From positions 1 to 30,927 of IMG/VR virus record IMGVR_UViG_3300027798_000153: a stretch of DNA of 30,927 nt; one strand, 5' to 3'. The DNA comes from a virus. Lineage: Duplodnaviria; Caudoviricetes. A model generated the notes under the pieces. That model saw nothing but the letters and a program-made list of their open reading frames with translations. It made no database searches and had not been told where the DNA came from. Shown piece by piece: positions 14,051-24,667 of the stretch. Each line of letters starts with the position of its first letter. Within the stretch, counting starts at the first letter, position 1. Position numbers and translations under genes: made by a program.

Positions 14051-15277
14051 ATGGCATTTAATTTAATTCGTAACGCCAGAGTATTCTTTACCACAAAGGT
14101 TGACGCTTTTGGAGTAGTTCAAACAGGTGCCGGAGCCGGTCCTGATATGGCTACTACCGATACATTCGAGCTTCAGGTATTGGATGGTTTAAGTTTTACC
14201 CAAAATACAACAACAGAAACAATTACGCTAAATGAAGCGGGTGGAACACCTAACCGTGGTCAACGTAACTTCAACACTGCGTTAGAGCCTGTTGACTTCT
14301 CATTTAGTACTTATATTCGTCCTCGTGATGCTCAAAGTGCTGAAGGTACTCACCAAGTTACAGCAGAAGAAAGACACTTGTGGAACGCTATGTTCGGTCA
14401 AGTTGCCTTAAGCGGAGATTACAACTCTACTGGTACTACTGCATGGAATGACAGTATTTCAAACACTAGCGAAACTACTTATGCCGTAGCTACACTAGCA
14501 CAATCTAATAAGAACCAACTATTGCCTTTCGGTCTAATCATCTGTTTGGATGACGCCACATTTGTTATCGACAACTGTGTTATGGACTCTGCAACAATGG
14601 ATTTCGGCTTAGACACAATCGCTATGATTCAATGGGCTGGTAAAGCCAGTGCTATTCGCCAATTCGGTAAGACTACATTGTCTGACAACGTAGGTCTAAA
14701 GAAGACTGTTGCTACATCTCCTAGCGATAGCATCTTTATCGGTGAAGCTACACTAAAAGATACAAAAGCTGCTTACCTAGCTAACAAACTAAGTACAGTT
14801 ACTTTATACAAGGACATTAATGGTTCTACAGTTGGTCCTTACGATATCGCCCTAACAGGTGGTTCTGTAACAATCAGCAACAACGTAACCTATTTAACTC
14901 CTTCAAACCTAGGTGTTGTAAATACTCCAATTACATACTTTACAGGTACTCGCTCTGTTACTGGTTCTGTAAATGCTTATTTACGTACAGGTAACCTAAG
15001 CGCAACGGCTCTATACAATGCTCTAATTACAGCAAGTATCAGCGACGTTAACCCAGCTTACAACTTGAAGATGAGTATCGGCGGCACAGCAAGTGCTCGT
15101 ACTCGTGTTGACTTAGTAATGCCAGCGGTTGTGTTACAAATTCCTACAATTGCTACTGAACAAGTTATTTCGACTACAATCGGATTTACTGCTCAAGGCT
15201 CAAGTGCTGGCGCGTTCGATATCGGTTCAAACAACGAAGTCGAAGTTCGCTACTTTGTAGCAGATACAAACTATTAA
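14051..15277 (+). CDS. Major tail tube protein (T5 pb6-like)
   Basis: LIRNARVF, LDGLSF.Q, LNEAG..P.RG...FN.AL.P..FSFSTYI.P; strong RBS and biased codon use. Confidence 0.88.
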   Translation: MAFNLIRNARVFFTTKVDAFGVVQTGAGAGPDMATTDTFELQVLDGLSFTQNTTTETITLNEAGGTPNRGQRNFNTALEPVDFSFSTYIRPRDAQSAEGTHQVTAEERHLWNAMFGQVALSGDYNSTGTTAWNDSISNTSETTYAVATLAQSNKNQLLPFGLIICLDDATFVIDNCVMDSATMDFGLDTIAMIQWAGKASAIRQFGKTTLSDNVGLKKTVATSPSDSIFIGEATLKDTKAAYLANKLSTVTLYKDINGSTVGPYDIALTGGSVTISNNVTYLTPSNLGVVNTPITYFTGTRSVTGSVNAYLRTGNLSATALYNALITASISDVNPAYNLKMSIGGTASARTRVDLVMPAVVLQIPTIATEQVISTTIGFTAQGSSAGAFDIGSNNEVEVRYFVADTNY

Positions 15278-15296
15278 TTAATAGTTATTAGTTTAT

Positions 15297-15328
15297 AGAT
15301 ACCGGCTTGATCACCGGTATCTCTTTTT
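15297..15328 (+). terminator. Intrinsic terminator after tail tube gene
   Basis: AGATACCGG-CTTGATCA-CCGGTATCT-CTTTTT. Confidence 0.75.
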
Positions 15329-15361
15329 AACCATCCATATAAATATATAACAAGGGCAATA

Positions 15362-15778
15362 ATGTCTCAACTTTCTTTAAAATCAATGCTCGTACCTAGT
15401 AAAACCAATGTGGTTGAATATCCAGGTATGCCAGGCTTCGAAATTACTATTAGTTTCCTAAGCCGTGAAATTTTACAATCAATTCGTAAAAAGTCAACTA
15501 AGACTACATTTAAGAATCGCCAACCTGTTGAAGAACTCAACGATGAATTGTTTTTGGACTTGTACGTTCAGAACTCTATCAAAGGCTGGAAAGGTCTTAA
15601 AATGTCTTACCTTGAACAATTGGCTCCTGTTGAAGTAGTCGCCGGTCAAGAAGACACCGAATTAGAGTTTACACAAGACAATGCTCTTGCATTAATGAAA
15701 GCTTCTACCAGCTTTGACAGTTTTATCAGTGAACAGGTCACAGACTTGGGAAACTTTTCGACGAGCAAACAGAGCTAA
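15362..15778 (+). CDS. Tail assembly chaperone (lambda G-like)
   Basis: Lies between tail tube and tape measure; IKGWKGL motif; ends ...DLGNF at a slippery site. Confidence 0.85.
   Translation: MSQLSLKSMLVPSKTNVVEYPGMPGFEITISFLSREILQSIRKKSTKTTFKNRQPVEELNDELFLDLYVQNSIKGWKGLKMSYLEQLAPVEVVAGQEDTELEFTQDNALALMKASTSFDSFISEQVTDLGNFSTSKQS
15748..15754 (+). other. -1 programmed ribosomal frameshift site G GGA AAC
   Basis: X XXY YYZ heptamer in the correct phase; the -1 frame is open for 25 codons up to the ATG at 15823. Confidence 0.85.
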
Positions 15779-16149
15779 TATTTAGTTCTCTGGAAAACTA
15801 CTTTCAAAATACTGACGTTAGTATGACTAAGGCTCAGTATTTTGAGATGTGTGAAGCGCTAGGTACTGAGCCCGTTGACTCAGAAATACCTATAGAAATG
15901 GATGACTTTCCTATTGAAATTCAGCAGGTATTTAATATCTATTTCTTAATGAGCGACATATGGGATGGAATGAGTGGTACTTATCAAGGCAAGAACACTA
16001 CAATAGTTTTTGAACTATTGAATGTCTATGATATTCCACACGAAGATAGACTAATATACTTGACATTTATACGTGCTATGGATAATATCCGTAAGCGACT
16101 AATAAATGAAAAAGTAAAGCAAGCTAACGATAAAAAGCCCTCGGCCTAA
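15748..16149 (+). CDS. Tail assembly chaperone C-terminal part (lambda T-like; fusion 15362..16149)
   Basis: Open -1 frame containing track ORF 15823..16149 (YFEMCE.LG.EP...WDGMSG.Y.GK); no clear RBS before ATG 15823. Confidence 0.8.
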   Translation, partial: GKLFDEQTELIFSSLENYFQNTDVSMTKAQYFEMCEALGTEPVDSEIPIEMDDFPIEIQQVFNIYFLMSDIWDGMSGTYQGKNTTIVFELLNVYDIPHEDRLIYLTFIRAMDNIRKRLINEKVKQANDKKPSA

Positions 16150-16166
16150 CGGTTGGGGGCTTTTTT
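16133..16166 (+). terminator. Intrinsic terminator
   Basis: AAAAAGCCCTCGGCC-TAAC-GGTTGGGGGCTTTTTT. Confidence 0.8.
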
Positions 16167-16186
16167 ATTGCTTGAAATTTTTTGGT

Positions 16187-16215
16187 TTGACATTAGCCAG
16201 CGCCCATGATATAAT
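16187..16215 (+). promoter_or_regulatory. Consensus sigma70 promoter of tape measure operon
   Basis: TTGACA-17-TATAAT with TG extension; very similar to the promoter at 28163. Confidence 0.85.
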
Positions 16216-16279
16216 GAGGGACATCTATAAATATTTGCTACAGCTTTCGTACTGTAGAGATATAATGCTGGGAGAGTTC

Positions 16280-19200
16280 ATGAGTAATGACAAAATAAAA
16301 GTCGGTATTGAAGTAAGTTCTAATGGTTCTTTACCAAAAACCGAGAAAGAAGCCGCAGCTGTTAATAAGCAGTTAGAAGCATTAGCCAAGAATGCTGAAC
16401 GTGCTAATAAAACGTTAGCTGCCGGAGGTACAAATGGTTCCCGTGTAGCAGCAGCAAAAGCTAAACCCTCTGGTTCGCAATTAATGAGCGACTCAGAGTA
16501 TAATTCCGCTCGCGGCACTGCCGGAGTAACTGGAGCATCTGCTCGTGACTTTGCAAACCAATCACAGGGCTTGGGTGGATTAGTTCGCCTATACGCTACC
16601 TATGCGGCTAACTTGTTCGCCGTTAGCGCAGCATTCCGTGCATTAAGTGATGCTATGGATACAACTAATATGGTCAAAGGATTAGACCAATTAGGTGCAG
16701 CTACAGGTAGAAACCTAGGTGGCTTAAGTAAGCGCCTAGTAGATTTAACAGATGGAGCAGTCAGTTTTCAAGAAAGTATGAAAGCTGTTGCCCAAAGCTC
16801 TAGTGCAGGTATGAGCTCAGCAAATATTGAGCGCATGGCAGTAGTAGCTAAAAATGCAAGTATGGCGCTTGGCGTAGCTATGCCTGATGCACTAAGTCGC
16901 CTAAGTCGTGGTATTACTAAATTAGAGCCAGAATTATTGGACGAACTTGGTATTATGACTAAGATTGGTCCAGCGGTAGACACCTATTCTTTACAGGTAG
17001 GTAAAGCCACAAGCCAATTAACTGACTTTGAAAGACGCCAAGCTTTTGCTAATGCTGTTCTAAAAGAGGGCGAAGAAAAGTTTGGTAAGCTAGGTGATCT
17101 GGCCTCTAATCCATACGATAAGCTACTTTCTTCACTAAAGAACCTATCACAACAAATACTAGAAAGTATAAACTCGGTCGTAGGTCCGTTTGTAAACTTG
17201 CTATCTAGTAGCCCGACTGCACTTGCTGCAGCAATCGGCTTATTGGGTATTGCCTTAGTAAAAAGAGCCCTACCAGCTATTGGTGAATTTAAGGCTGGTT
17301 TAGCGGATGCTGCTGACAAAGCAACCGCTCTGGCAGTACAAAAGACAAAAGATGCTGAAGAAGCAAAGATTAAGTTAAAACAATTTAATCTACAACGTTT
17401 AGAATCTATTGCCGATAAAGAATTAGACGCAGTAGTTCAAGCCGAAGCAAAGATGAATGCACTACGCGAAAAAGGTGTACGTACATCTACGTCTGGCTAT
17501 AAGTTAATGCAAAAGGATTTTACTGATTTTACAGAAGCTAACGTAAAAGAAGTTGACAATTTAATTACTAAAACTATTATGTCTTCTAAGCGCTATGAAG
17601 CGCAAGCTACAAAATTAGAAAAAGAAGGCGGAGATTCTGGAAAAATAGCTGCTCTAAGAGAGCAAGCCAAAGTACAGATGGATATTGTAACATCTACCAG
17701 AGCATCTATTGCTGCAGAGAAAGCACTAGAAAAAGCAGCATCTGATACTAGTAAAGCTACTCTAACACAAAAGCTAACAATTGACGCTGCTAATGCGGCC
17801 GTATCTGAGTCCACTAAGCGCACCATCATATCTAATGCAGCATATAATGCTAGTCTAATAGGTACTACGGGAGCTTGGTCATTGCTAAAAGAGGAAATTT
17901 CTAAGGCAGGGCTAACAATGGGCAAGTTTGAACTTGCTGCATTAAAAGCAAGAGGTGCATTAGCTATTCTTGGTGGCGTGCTTAGTACCGTTGGTGCTGC
18001 ATTAGGCTCTTTAATGAATTGGATTGGTTTGGCTGCCGGAGTATTCGGCCTACTAGATGCTTTATTAAGTAAAAATAATAAAGAGATGGAAGCGTTTAGA
18101 AAGGCTATAGATGCCGGTAATGGTGCTATAGAAAATATGTCCCGTACAGTAGCCTACCTAAATAAACAAGGTGGGTTTGCTTCAGGTACTATACAAGGAA
18201 TTAACTCTCTGTCAACAGCGTTTGTAGAAATAGCTGCAACAGCCGAAAATACTGTAGAAGCAACTACAAAGGCCTTAGATAAGTTAAAAGGGTACAGTTG
18301 GGACAGTATTACAAATAGAGTTAAAAAGATATGGGGTGGAGACGTTGTTAGCAAAGGTGCTAAACAATTTGGTGAGCAAATTGAAGAAGCCATGGCAGCA
18401 CTCAATAAGACACCTCTTGCCGGAGAAGCCAGTAAGCAACTAAAAACCATTTTAAAGGTAAGTAGTTTAGATGCTGCAACTGTTGAAGCGGCTTTTGCGT
18501 CTTTGGATAATGTAACAAAATCTTCTGCCGTAAAGATATTAAAAGACTTAAATATTGAGCTAGGTAATACAGCTTCAAGATTATTATCGTTTAAAACTAG
18601 CTCAGATAGTGCCTATAAATCATACCAAGAGTTTATAGTTTCTACTGCAACCACTTCGCCACTATTTAAATTTGGTGCAGGTATTGAGATAATGGCTAGA
18701 GATATGTCAGTAGCTGTTGCTGGTGGTGCTGATGAAATTAATGCCGCATTTGACGAATTGGCAAAAAATCCACAAAAAGTTGCTTTATTTGGCAAAGACT
18801 TTGCTAATCAATTTGTAGGTATACGCGAAGAGTTTGAAACTGTATCAGCCGCATCCAAATCAATAGCGGACGAGCAGAATAGGGTTACTGCCGAGATCGA
18901 AAAACAAAAAGCATTTTTAGTAGACTGGCCAGAAGATGCTATAGCATCAGAAGCAAAAGAAGCAAGAGCGGAGCTAGTAAAGTTAAATGACTTAAAGAAG
19001 TCGTTAGACGATAAGCAGTCCAAGCTAGATACAAGTGTAATAGATAGAGCAAGAAATCTATTTATTAAAGGTATGGGAGATGCTTTTGACGAGGGAGCTA
19101 AACACATAGCACGAGCTCTGGGAGATGCACAGGATAAGGCAGCTTTAGCGCTAGCTAAGGCACAGCTTGGAAGGTTATCAGGAGTTAATTTAGCAGAACA

Positions 19201-22200
19201 AACAGCTAAACTAAATCAAAGAGACTATGATCTACAAATACAAGCTATCGATGGCAACATCAAATTAATCCTATCTCAAGAGCAACTAAAGGCTGCTATC
19301 GATGAGTCCAATGCAATAGCACTGGACGAAAAAATGGGTAAGTCCGGCACACCTAAAGAAAAGCAAAATGCAGCAGATAATTTAGCCGCAACAAAAGCTT
19401 TTAAAGAGGTATTAGATAAAGGACTATCTTTAGACAAGAAAAGCTTAACTGCTGTAGCAAAACAAAATGGCTTATCTGATACTGCAGGCGCAATGTTGCA
19501 ATCTAAGGCTATTGGTGTAAGACAGGCAACTGCTGGGCAAGAAATGGCTAAAGTAGGGGCTCAAGGCCAAGCAGCTGCACAAGCTGAAACTGACAGACTA
19601 AACATAATTACTGCACGCTATCAAGAAGTAGCAAAAATAAGTGGATTAGAGTCTGCCATTTTACAAGCAGAGTTAGGTAGTTTAAATACTTTAACTAGCA
19701 TTGCTGGCGTAACTACTGCAATAGGTGTTAACCAGCAGAGCACTCTAGAACTACAACTACTACAAAAGAAACAAGCTTTAGAAATACTAGAGATTGAAAA
19801 TAGAAGAATTCGCGCATCTGGTAATCCTATAGAGATCGCAAAGCTAGAAAAAGAAGAAGAGCTTGTACGTAATCGTCAAAAGCTTGAACTCGATAATCAA
19901 GGTGCCATAACTCGTCAAAAGTATTTACAGCTAGAAATTGAAGAAATCGGTAAGCGATACGACCTAATTAAATCAACTCAAGATCTACAGCGTACACAAA
20001 GTGCGGCCAGACTGGATATCTTAAGTCACGAAGTAAATACCTATGGTACACTATATGACATGGCCGGTGAATACGTAGCAATACAGCAAAATAGTGTAGA
20101 AAAGCAACGTGCACTAGCCGAAACTACAGTATCTATGCAACAAGCTCAGGACACTTTAAATAAGTCCAGAGAAGAAGCTGAAGCCCGCATTACTGCATTA
20201 AAAGAGAGCGACCCAGCACTAACCGGAGCAACTTTAGCAAGCATTGAGAAAATTAATCAAGGTCTTGCATATCAAGAAACTATTACAAATAACACTATTT
20301 CTGGATTAGAAGCTCAATATGCCGCAAGAGTAAAAATTGCAGACATAACAAAAGAAGCGGCTCTACAACAAGCAAAGTGGAATACGCAACTTGCTGATGC
20401 CACTAGTTTTGCCTCTAGCTTAAAAGAAGTATTTGGTGAAGTTGGTGATAAACTAGGTAATGTTGCAACTACATTTACTGAAGTTGCAATCGCAAGCGAG
20501 AAACGCGCAAAAGCAGAAGAACTAGCGCAAAAAGCTCTTGATAAGGCAAGCCCACAAGAGCGTGCAAGTGCAGAAAAAGCACTTGGTGCTGTAAGATCCG
20601 CAAATGCCAAAGCTGAAATTAATGATAGTATCAAAGGTTTAAACGCTACTAAGAAATTATTTAATGAAAAAACTGCAGCTTACAAAGTCTTAGACAAGAT
20701 GGAAAAAGCCATGCACATGTACAAGATGGCCATGTGGGTAAAAGAAGCTGCAATGGAAGTTTGGGCAATGGGCGTGTCTATTCACGCATCTATTACTAAA
20801 TCTATGGCTAAGTCAGCAGAAGCTGGCGTAGACGGTGTTGCTGCAGTTGTAAAAGCTATTGCAAGCGTACCGTTTCCTCTTAACCTTGCCGCAGGTGCAG
20901 CAACAGCCGCAGTTGTAGCAGGATTACTAAGTCAATTAGGTATTGGTTTTGGTGGAGGAGGTGGTTCAAGCGCAGGTTTTGCAATGAACAGCGAACAGCG
21001 CCAAGAAACTCAAGGAACTGGAACAACTTACGACTCTAACGGTAACAAAGTTGAAACTGGTGGTGGAGTGTTTGGTGATAGCGAGGCTAAAGTTGATAAC
21101 ATTAATAAGTCATTAGAAATTATTAAGAATAACTCTATTGACGGACTAGATTATGATAACAAGTTATTAAAATCATTCCAACGAGTTGCTAATGCTCTAA
21201 CAGGTACTGCTCAAGCATTATACGCAATTCCTGGCCTTCGCCAAGGCGGCACAAAGTTCGGTACTCTAGCAGGAACAATATCAGAAAAAGGCGACTTATC
21301 AAGTATGTTGTCCGATATACCCCTAGTTGGGGGTATACTAGGTGGCTTGGCTGGTGGTATATTTGGTGGCGGTACTAGTATGAGTGCTTCTATTGAAAGT
21401 GCAGGATTAGAATTACGTGGTAGCTTAACGGGATTAATTGATAATACTGTAGGCGGTGTTAAACAATACAAAGACGTACTAAGACAGTTCCACGAGGACG
21501 GTGGTTGGTTTGGTAGCGATAGTGATTGGACTACAAGAACCAGAGAGTATGACATTATAAACGGTGCCATAGCTACTTCAATCAAAGAGATATTTACTAA
21601 CGCTAAAGACCTATTTACAGAAGTAGGTGGTATAGCCGGAATTACAGAAGCAAAAGTAAGCTCTGTATTTGACTCAATAAGTTTTGGTGCAGAAGGCGAC
21701 ATAGACTTAAAAGGGTTAAAAGCAGATGAAATTACTGCTGCGTTAAATGCTGTAATTGGTAGCAAACTAGACGATGCTGCAAGAATACTGTTTGCAAGCT
21801 TTAAGGATTACCAAAAATCAGGCGAAGAGTATTTAACTACTGTCGTTAGAGTTGTCGATGCTAACACTAAAATTCAACAAATACTTACTAATATAGGTAT
21901 AACTAGTATAGTTACTGGTTTATTCGATATAACAGAAGGTATGGTTAAGGCAGCAGGCAGCTTAGAAGATTTTGTAAGTCAGTATGAGTTTTTTAGTAGT
22001 AACTTTTTAAGTGAGTCTGAACGTTTAGTACCTGTACAAAATGCTGTTAATAAGGAATTAACAAGACTAAAAATTAGTACTGATATTAGTCGCGAAGGGT
22101 TTGTTGCCTTGGTCAGAGGTTTAAATACTACCACTGAAAGCGGTGCAGAAACTTATCAAGCTTTAATGAAACTTGCTCCTGGCATAGACCAAGTGTTTAA

Positions 22201-23191
22201 AGCCGAAGAAAAGATTGCAGACCAACGAGCTGGACTACAAAATAAACTACTAGAACTAGAGGGCAATACTGTTAAGTTGCGCCAAAAAGAACTAGATGCG
22301 CTAGATGCAAGCAACCAAGCACTACAAAAGCAAATTTGGGCGTTACAAGAGCAACAAACAGCCGCTAAAAATCTTAAAACTAACTTAGAGAATGTTACAA
22401 AAACAATTAAATCGCAGATTCAAAGTTTAAGTGACTATAAAAATGCTCTAATGAGTGGTGATAAGAGTACAATGACTACAAGTCAGTTGTATGCCGCTGC
22501 AAAATCTGATATTAATAACCTACTATCAACAATTAACTCAAAGCCGCTGACTAAAGAAGAAGAAGACGTCCGTAATCTTGCCATCGGCAAATTATCTGGT
22601 CAAACTGATAAATTCTTAACACTAAGCCGAGAATTATTTGCAAGTGGTTCACAGTATACTGCAGACTTTAATACCGTTCTAGGTTACGTCGGTACTACCA
22701 GCGGACTACTAGAAACACAACAGACTGATGCTGAAAAGCAACTAACACAGTTGGTAGATTCAAACAAGTATCTACAAAATATTGAAGCCTCAAGTCAGTC
22801 AACTGCTAATTTAATGTCAGCGTATTTAGCCGCTAACTCTGCTCTAGCTGCAACAGGATACACTCCTCCAGGCTTTGCGGTTGGTACTAATTATGTTCCA
22901 AACGATATGGTTGCTAAAATTCATCGTGGCGAACGTATTATTCCAATGGCTGATAACTTTAAACTAATGACCAGACTAACTGATACTGATAATTATACTC
23001 GCGATATGTGTATTCAGATTCGTGAGCTAAATCAGAAGATTGATAGTCTGGAACGTACAGTTGCTGATGGTGCTGTAATGAACGCTCAAGCTACTGAACG
23101 TAACACTGAGCAAATTGCACAAGCAGTTAATGATGGGTCTGATAAAACTGTTCAAGTAACCCGTATTCAGAATAAGGCTACTATTAAATGA
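16280..23191 (+). CDS. Tail tape measure protein (~2303 aa)
   Basis: Ala/Lys/Glu-rich helical giant ORF after the chaperones; KLEPELLDELGI; C-terminal FAVGTNYVP..M.A.IH.GE.I.P. Start reassigned to ATG 16280 (GGAG RBS, downstream of the promoter). Confidence 0.92.
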   Translation: MSNDKIKVGIEVSSNGSLPKTEKEAAAVNKQLEALAKNAERANKTLAAGGTNGSRVAAAKAKPSGSQLMSDSEYNSARGTAGVTGASARDFANQSQGLGGLVRLYATYAANLFAVSAAFRALSDAMDTTNMVKGLDQLGAATGRNLGGLSKRLVDLTDGAVSFQESMKAVAQSSSAGMSSANIERMAVVAKNASMALGVAMPDALSRLSRGITKLEPELLDELGIMTKIGPAVDTYSLQVGKATSQLTDFERRQAFANAVLKEGEEKFGKLGDLASNPYDKLLSSLKNLSQQILESINSVVGPFVNLLSSSPTALAAAIGLLGIALVKRALPAIGEFKAGLADAADKATALAVQKTKDAEEAKIKLKQFNLQRLESIADKELDAVVQAEAKMNALREKGVRTSTSGYKLMQKDFTDFTEANVKEVDNLITKTIMSSKRYEAQATKLEKEGGDSGKIAALREQAKVQMDIVTSTRASIAAEKALEKAASDTSKATLTQKLTIDAANAAVSESTKRTIISNAAYNASLIGTTGAWSLLKEEISKAGLTMGKFELAALKARGALAILGGVLSTVGAALGSLMNWIGLAAGVFGLLDALLSKNNKEMEAFRKAIDAGNGAIENMSRTVAYLNKQGGFASGTIQGINSLSTAFVEIAATAENTVEATTKALDKLKGYSWDSITNRVKKIWGGDVVSKGAKQFGEQIEEAMAALNKTPLAGEASKQLKTILKVSSLDAATVEAAFASLDNVTKSSAVKILKDLNIELGNTASRLLSFKTSSDSAYKSYQEFIVSTATTSPLFKFGAGIEIMARDMSVAVAGGADEINAAFDELAKNPQKVALFGKDFANQFVGIREEFETVSAASKSIADEQNRVTAEIEKQKAFLVDWPEDAIASEAKEARAELVKLNDLKKSLDDKQSKLDTSVIDRARNLFIKGMGDAFDEGAKHIARALGDAQDKAALALAKAQLGRLSGVNLAEQTAKLNQRDYDLQIQAIDGNIKLILSQEQLKAAIDESNAIALDEKMGKSGTPKEKQNAADNLAATKAFKEVLDKGLSLDKKSLTAVAKQNGLSDTAGAMLQSKAIGVRQATAGQEMAKVGAQGQAAAQAETDRLNIITARYQEVAKISGLESAILQAELGSLNTLTSIAGVTTAIGVNQQSTLELQLLQKKQALEILEIENRRIRASGNPIEIAKLEKEEELVRNRQKLELDNQGAITRQKYLQLEIEEIGKRYDLIKSTQDLQRTQSAARLDILSHEVNTYGTLYDMAGEYVAIQQNSVEKQRALAETTVSMQQAQDTLNKSREEAEARITALKESDPALTGATLASIEKINQGLAYQETITNNTISGLEAQYAARVKIADITKEAALQQAKWNTQLADATSFASSLKEVFGEVGDKLGNVATTFTEVAIASEKRAKAEELAQKALDKASPQERASAEKALGAVRSANAKAEINDSIKGLNATKKLFNEKTAAYKVLDKMEKAMHMYKMAMWVKEAAMEVWAMGVSIHASITKSMAKSAEAGVDGVAAVVKAIASVPFPLNLAAGAATAAVVAGLLSQLGIGFGGGGGSSAGFAMNSEQRQETQGTGTTYDSNGNKVETGGGVFGDSEAKVDNINKSLEIIKNNSIDGLDYDNKLLKSFQRVANALTGTAQALYAIPGLRQGGTKFGTLAGTISEKGDLSSMLSDIPLVGGILGGLAGGIFGGGTSMSASIESAGLELRGSLTGLIDNTVGGVKQYKDVLRQFHEDGGWFGSDSDWTTRTREYDIINGAIATSIKEIFTNAKDLFTEVGGIAGITEAKVSSVFDSISFGAEGDIDLKGLKADEITAALNAVIGSKLDDAARILFASFKDYQKSGEEYLTTVVRVVDANTKIQQILTNIGITSIVTGLFDITEGMVKAAGSLEDFVSQYEFFSSNFLSESERLVPVQNAVNKELTRLKISTDISREGFVALVRGLNTTTESGAETYQALMKLAPGIDQVFKAEEKIADQRAGLQNKLLELEGNTVKLRQKELDALDASNQALQKQIWALQEQQTAAKNLKTNLENVTKTIKSQIQSLSDYKNALMSGDKSTMTTSQLYAAAKSDINNLLSTINSKPLTKEEEDVRNLAIGKLSGQTDKFLTLSRELFASGSQYTADFNTVLGYVGTTSGLLETQQTDAEKQLTQLVDSNKYLQNIEASSQSTANLMSAYLAANSALAATGYTPPGFAVGTNYVPNDMVAKIHRGERIIPMADNFKLMTRLTDTDNYTRDMCIQIRELNQKIDSLERTVADGAVMNAQATERNTEQIAQAVNDGSDKTVQVTRIQNKATIK

Positions 23192-24666
23192 AAACAGTAA
23201 CAGAAATGGTGACCTGGCTTAATACGCCAGGTCATATTAAATGCATTTTAGCAGATATTACCGAAGTCGGAAACTCACCAGTTTCCGACTTCTTTCTGTC
23301 TAATATGGCCTACTATGGCAACAATCAAAGTTATAATGCCTCCATAATCGGCGGCTTAAGCTTTGGCGAATCTCTAAATACTGGTGGCCAAGCTTCTCTT
23401 AGTTTTGGTAGCTTAGATTTTGTAAATACCGCAGGTATTCACGATGAGTACCTGCAATATGTGTGGAGTAAGCGCCCTATTAAAGTTTACTTAGGCGACC
23501 CTAGCTGGCCTAAAGATGATTTTGTACTAATCTTTGATGGTTTGGTACAAGACATAACAGCCCCTACTGAGAATAGTTTAAGTTTTACACTATTTGATAA
23601 GTTACAGCGACTAAATGACCCTATAAGCGAGCGTACTTTAGCAGACACCGCATATTCTCAAAATACGTTTAGTACTATATTACCACAACTTTTTGGTGAA
23701 GCGTTTAACCTTCAACCGCTATTAGTGGACAATGGCAGTACCGCAGGTCTTGGCCAAGTTTATATGGTTCACGACGGTGAGGTTAATGGATTAATTGAAG
23801 TACGTGATAATGGGGTACCAATTAATGTAACCGCTTCTAATAGTACCGGTACATTTACACTTCTTACTAAACCTTTTGGAACTATAACTTGTAGTGCCCA
23901 AGGAAAAACTCCTTATACCAATACAGTACCAGGAATTATAAAACAACTAGTAACTGGATACGGAACTGTTGAAAATCGATTCACAGACTCAGAAGTTAGT
24001 TTTGATGATTTCACTAATACTAGCCCTGTTGGATTTTACTGTAACGAGAGAACAAATATATTAGATGCGTGTAACCAGCTTGCAAAAAGCTTAAACGCTA
24101 ATTTAATATGTCCGTCAATTGTAGTAACTGATGGGGTTGTAAGCAACAGTAAATTACGCTTGGTAGAAATTAAACAACCAACAGGAACGCCAAAATATTA
24201 TTTAGACGATAATAACATGGTTATTAACTCACTTAGTATTACACAAATGTTCCCAGTAAAGCCTAGTGTTAAGCTCGGTTATTGTAAGAATTATACAGTA
24301 CAAGCAAATGTCTCTGGCGGGTTAAATCCTGCCAGTAAGTTTGACGAACAGTGGCTATATGTTGACCAAGTTAATTCTACTAAAAAGAGCTTATATCGTG
24401 ATAGTGGTAGCGTAACGGAAGAAGAAACCCTTCTAATTACTACTTCTGGAGCAGAAGCAGAAGCTTCAAAAAGACTTACACTATGGCAAGACCAAAGATA
24501 TATTGTAAGTGCAGACTATTTACCACACCTAATGTTTGTTCAGCTAGGTGATACAGTACAAATATCCTCTGCAAGATTCGGCCTATCTAGTGGTAAATTA
24601 GGCTTAGTATATTCAGTTACAAGAAATTGGACTACTGGATTAGTAAACATAGGAGTATTAGTATAA
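23188..24666 (+). CDS. Tail tip / baseplate hub-like protein
   Basis: ATGA-coupled to TMP; P..FGE.FN..P.LVD...Y.VHDG...EVRDNG.P and C-terminal LGDTV motifs typical of siphophage tail tip proteins. Confidence 0.65.
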   Translation: MKTVTEMVTWLNTPGHIKCILADITEVGNSPVSDFFLSNMAYYGNNQSYNASIIGGLSFGESLNTGGQASLSFGSLDFVNTAGIHDEYLQYVWSKRPIKVYLGDPSWPKDDFVLIFDGLVQDITAPTENSLSFTLFDKLQRLNDPISERTLADTAYSQNTFSTILPQLFGEAFNLQPLLVDNGSTAGLGQVYMVHDGEVNGLIEVRDNGVPINVTASNSTGTFTLLTKPFGTITCSAQGKTPYTNTVPGIIKQLVTGYGTVENRFTDSEVSFDDFTNTSPVGFYCNERTNILDACNQLAKSLNANLICPSIVVTDGVVSNSKLRLVEIKQPTGTPKYYLDDNNMVINSLSITQMFPVKPSVKLGYCKNYTVQANVSGGLNPASKFDEQWLYVDQVNSTKKSLYRDSGSVTEEETLLITTSGAEAEASKRLTLWQDQRYIVSADYLPHLMFVQLGDTVQISSARFGLSSGKLGLVYSVTRNWTTGLVNIGVLV

Positions 24667-24667
24667 T

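Noticed and set aside
16172-16279. N-terminal extension of the TMP in the ORF track
   Set aside because: The TTG start lies upstream of the consensus promoter (16187-16215); ATG 16280 has a GGAG RBS.
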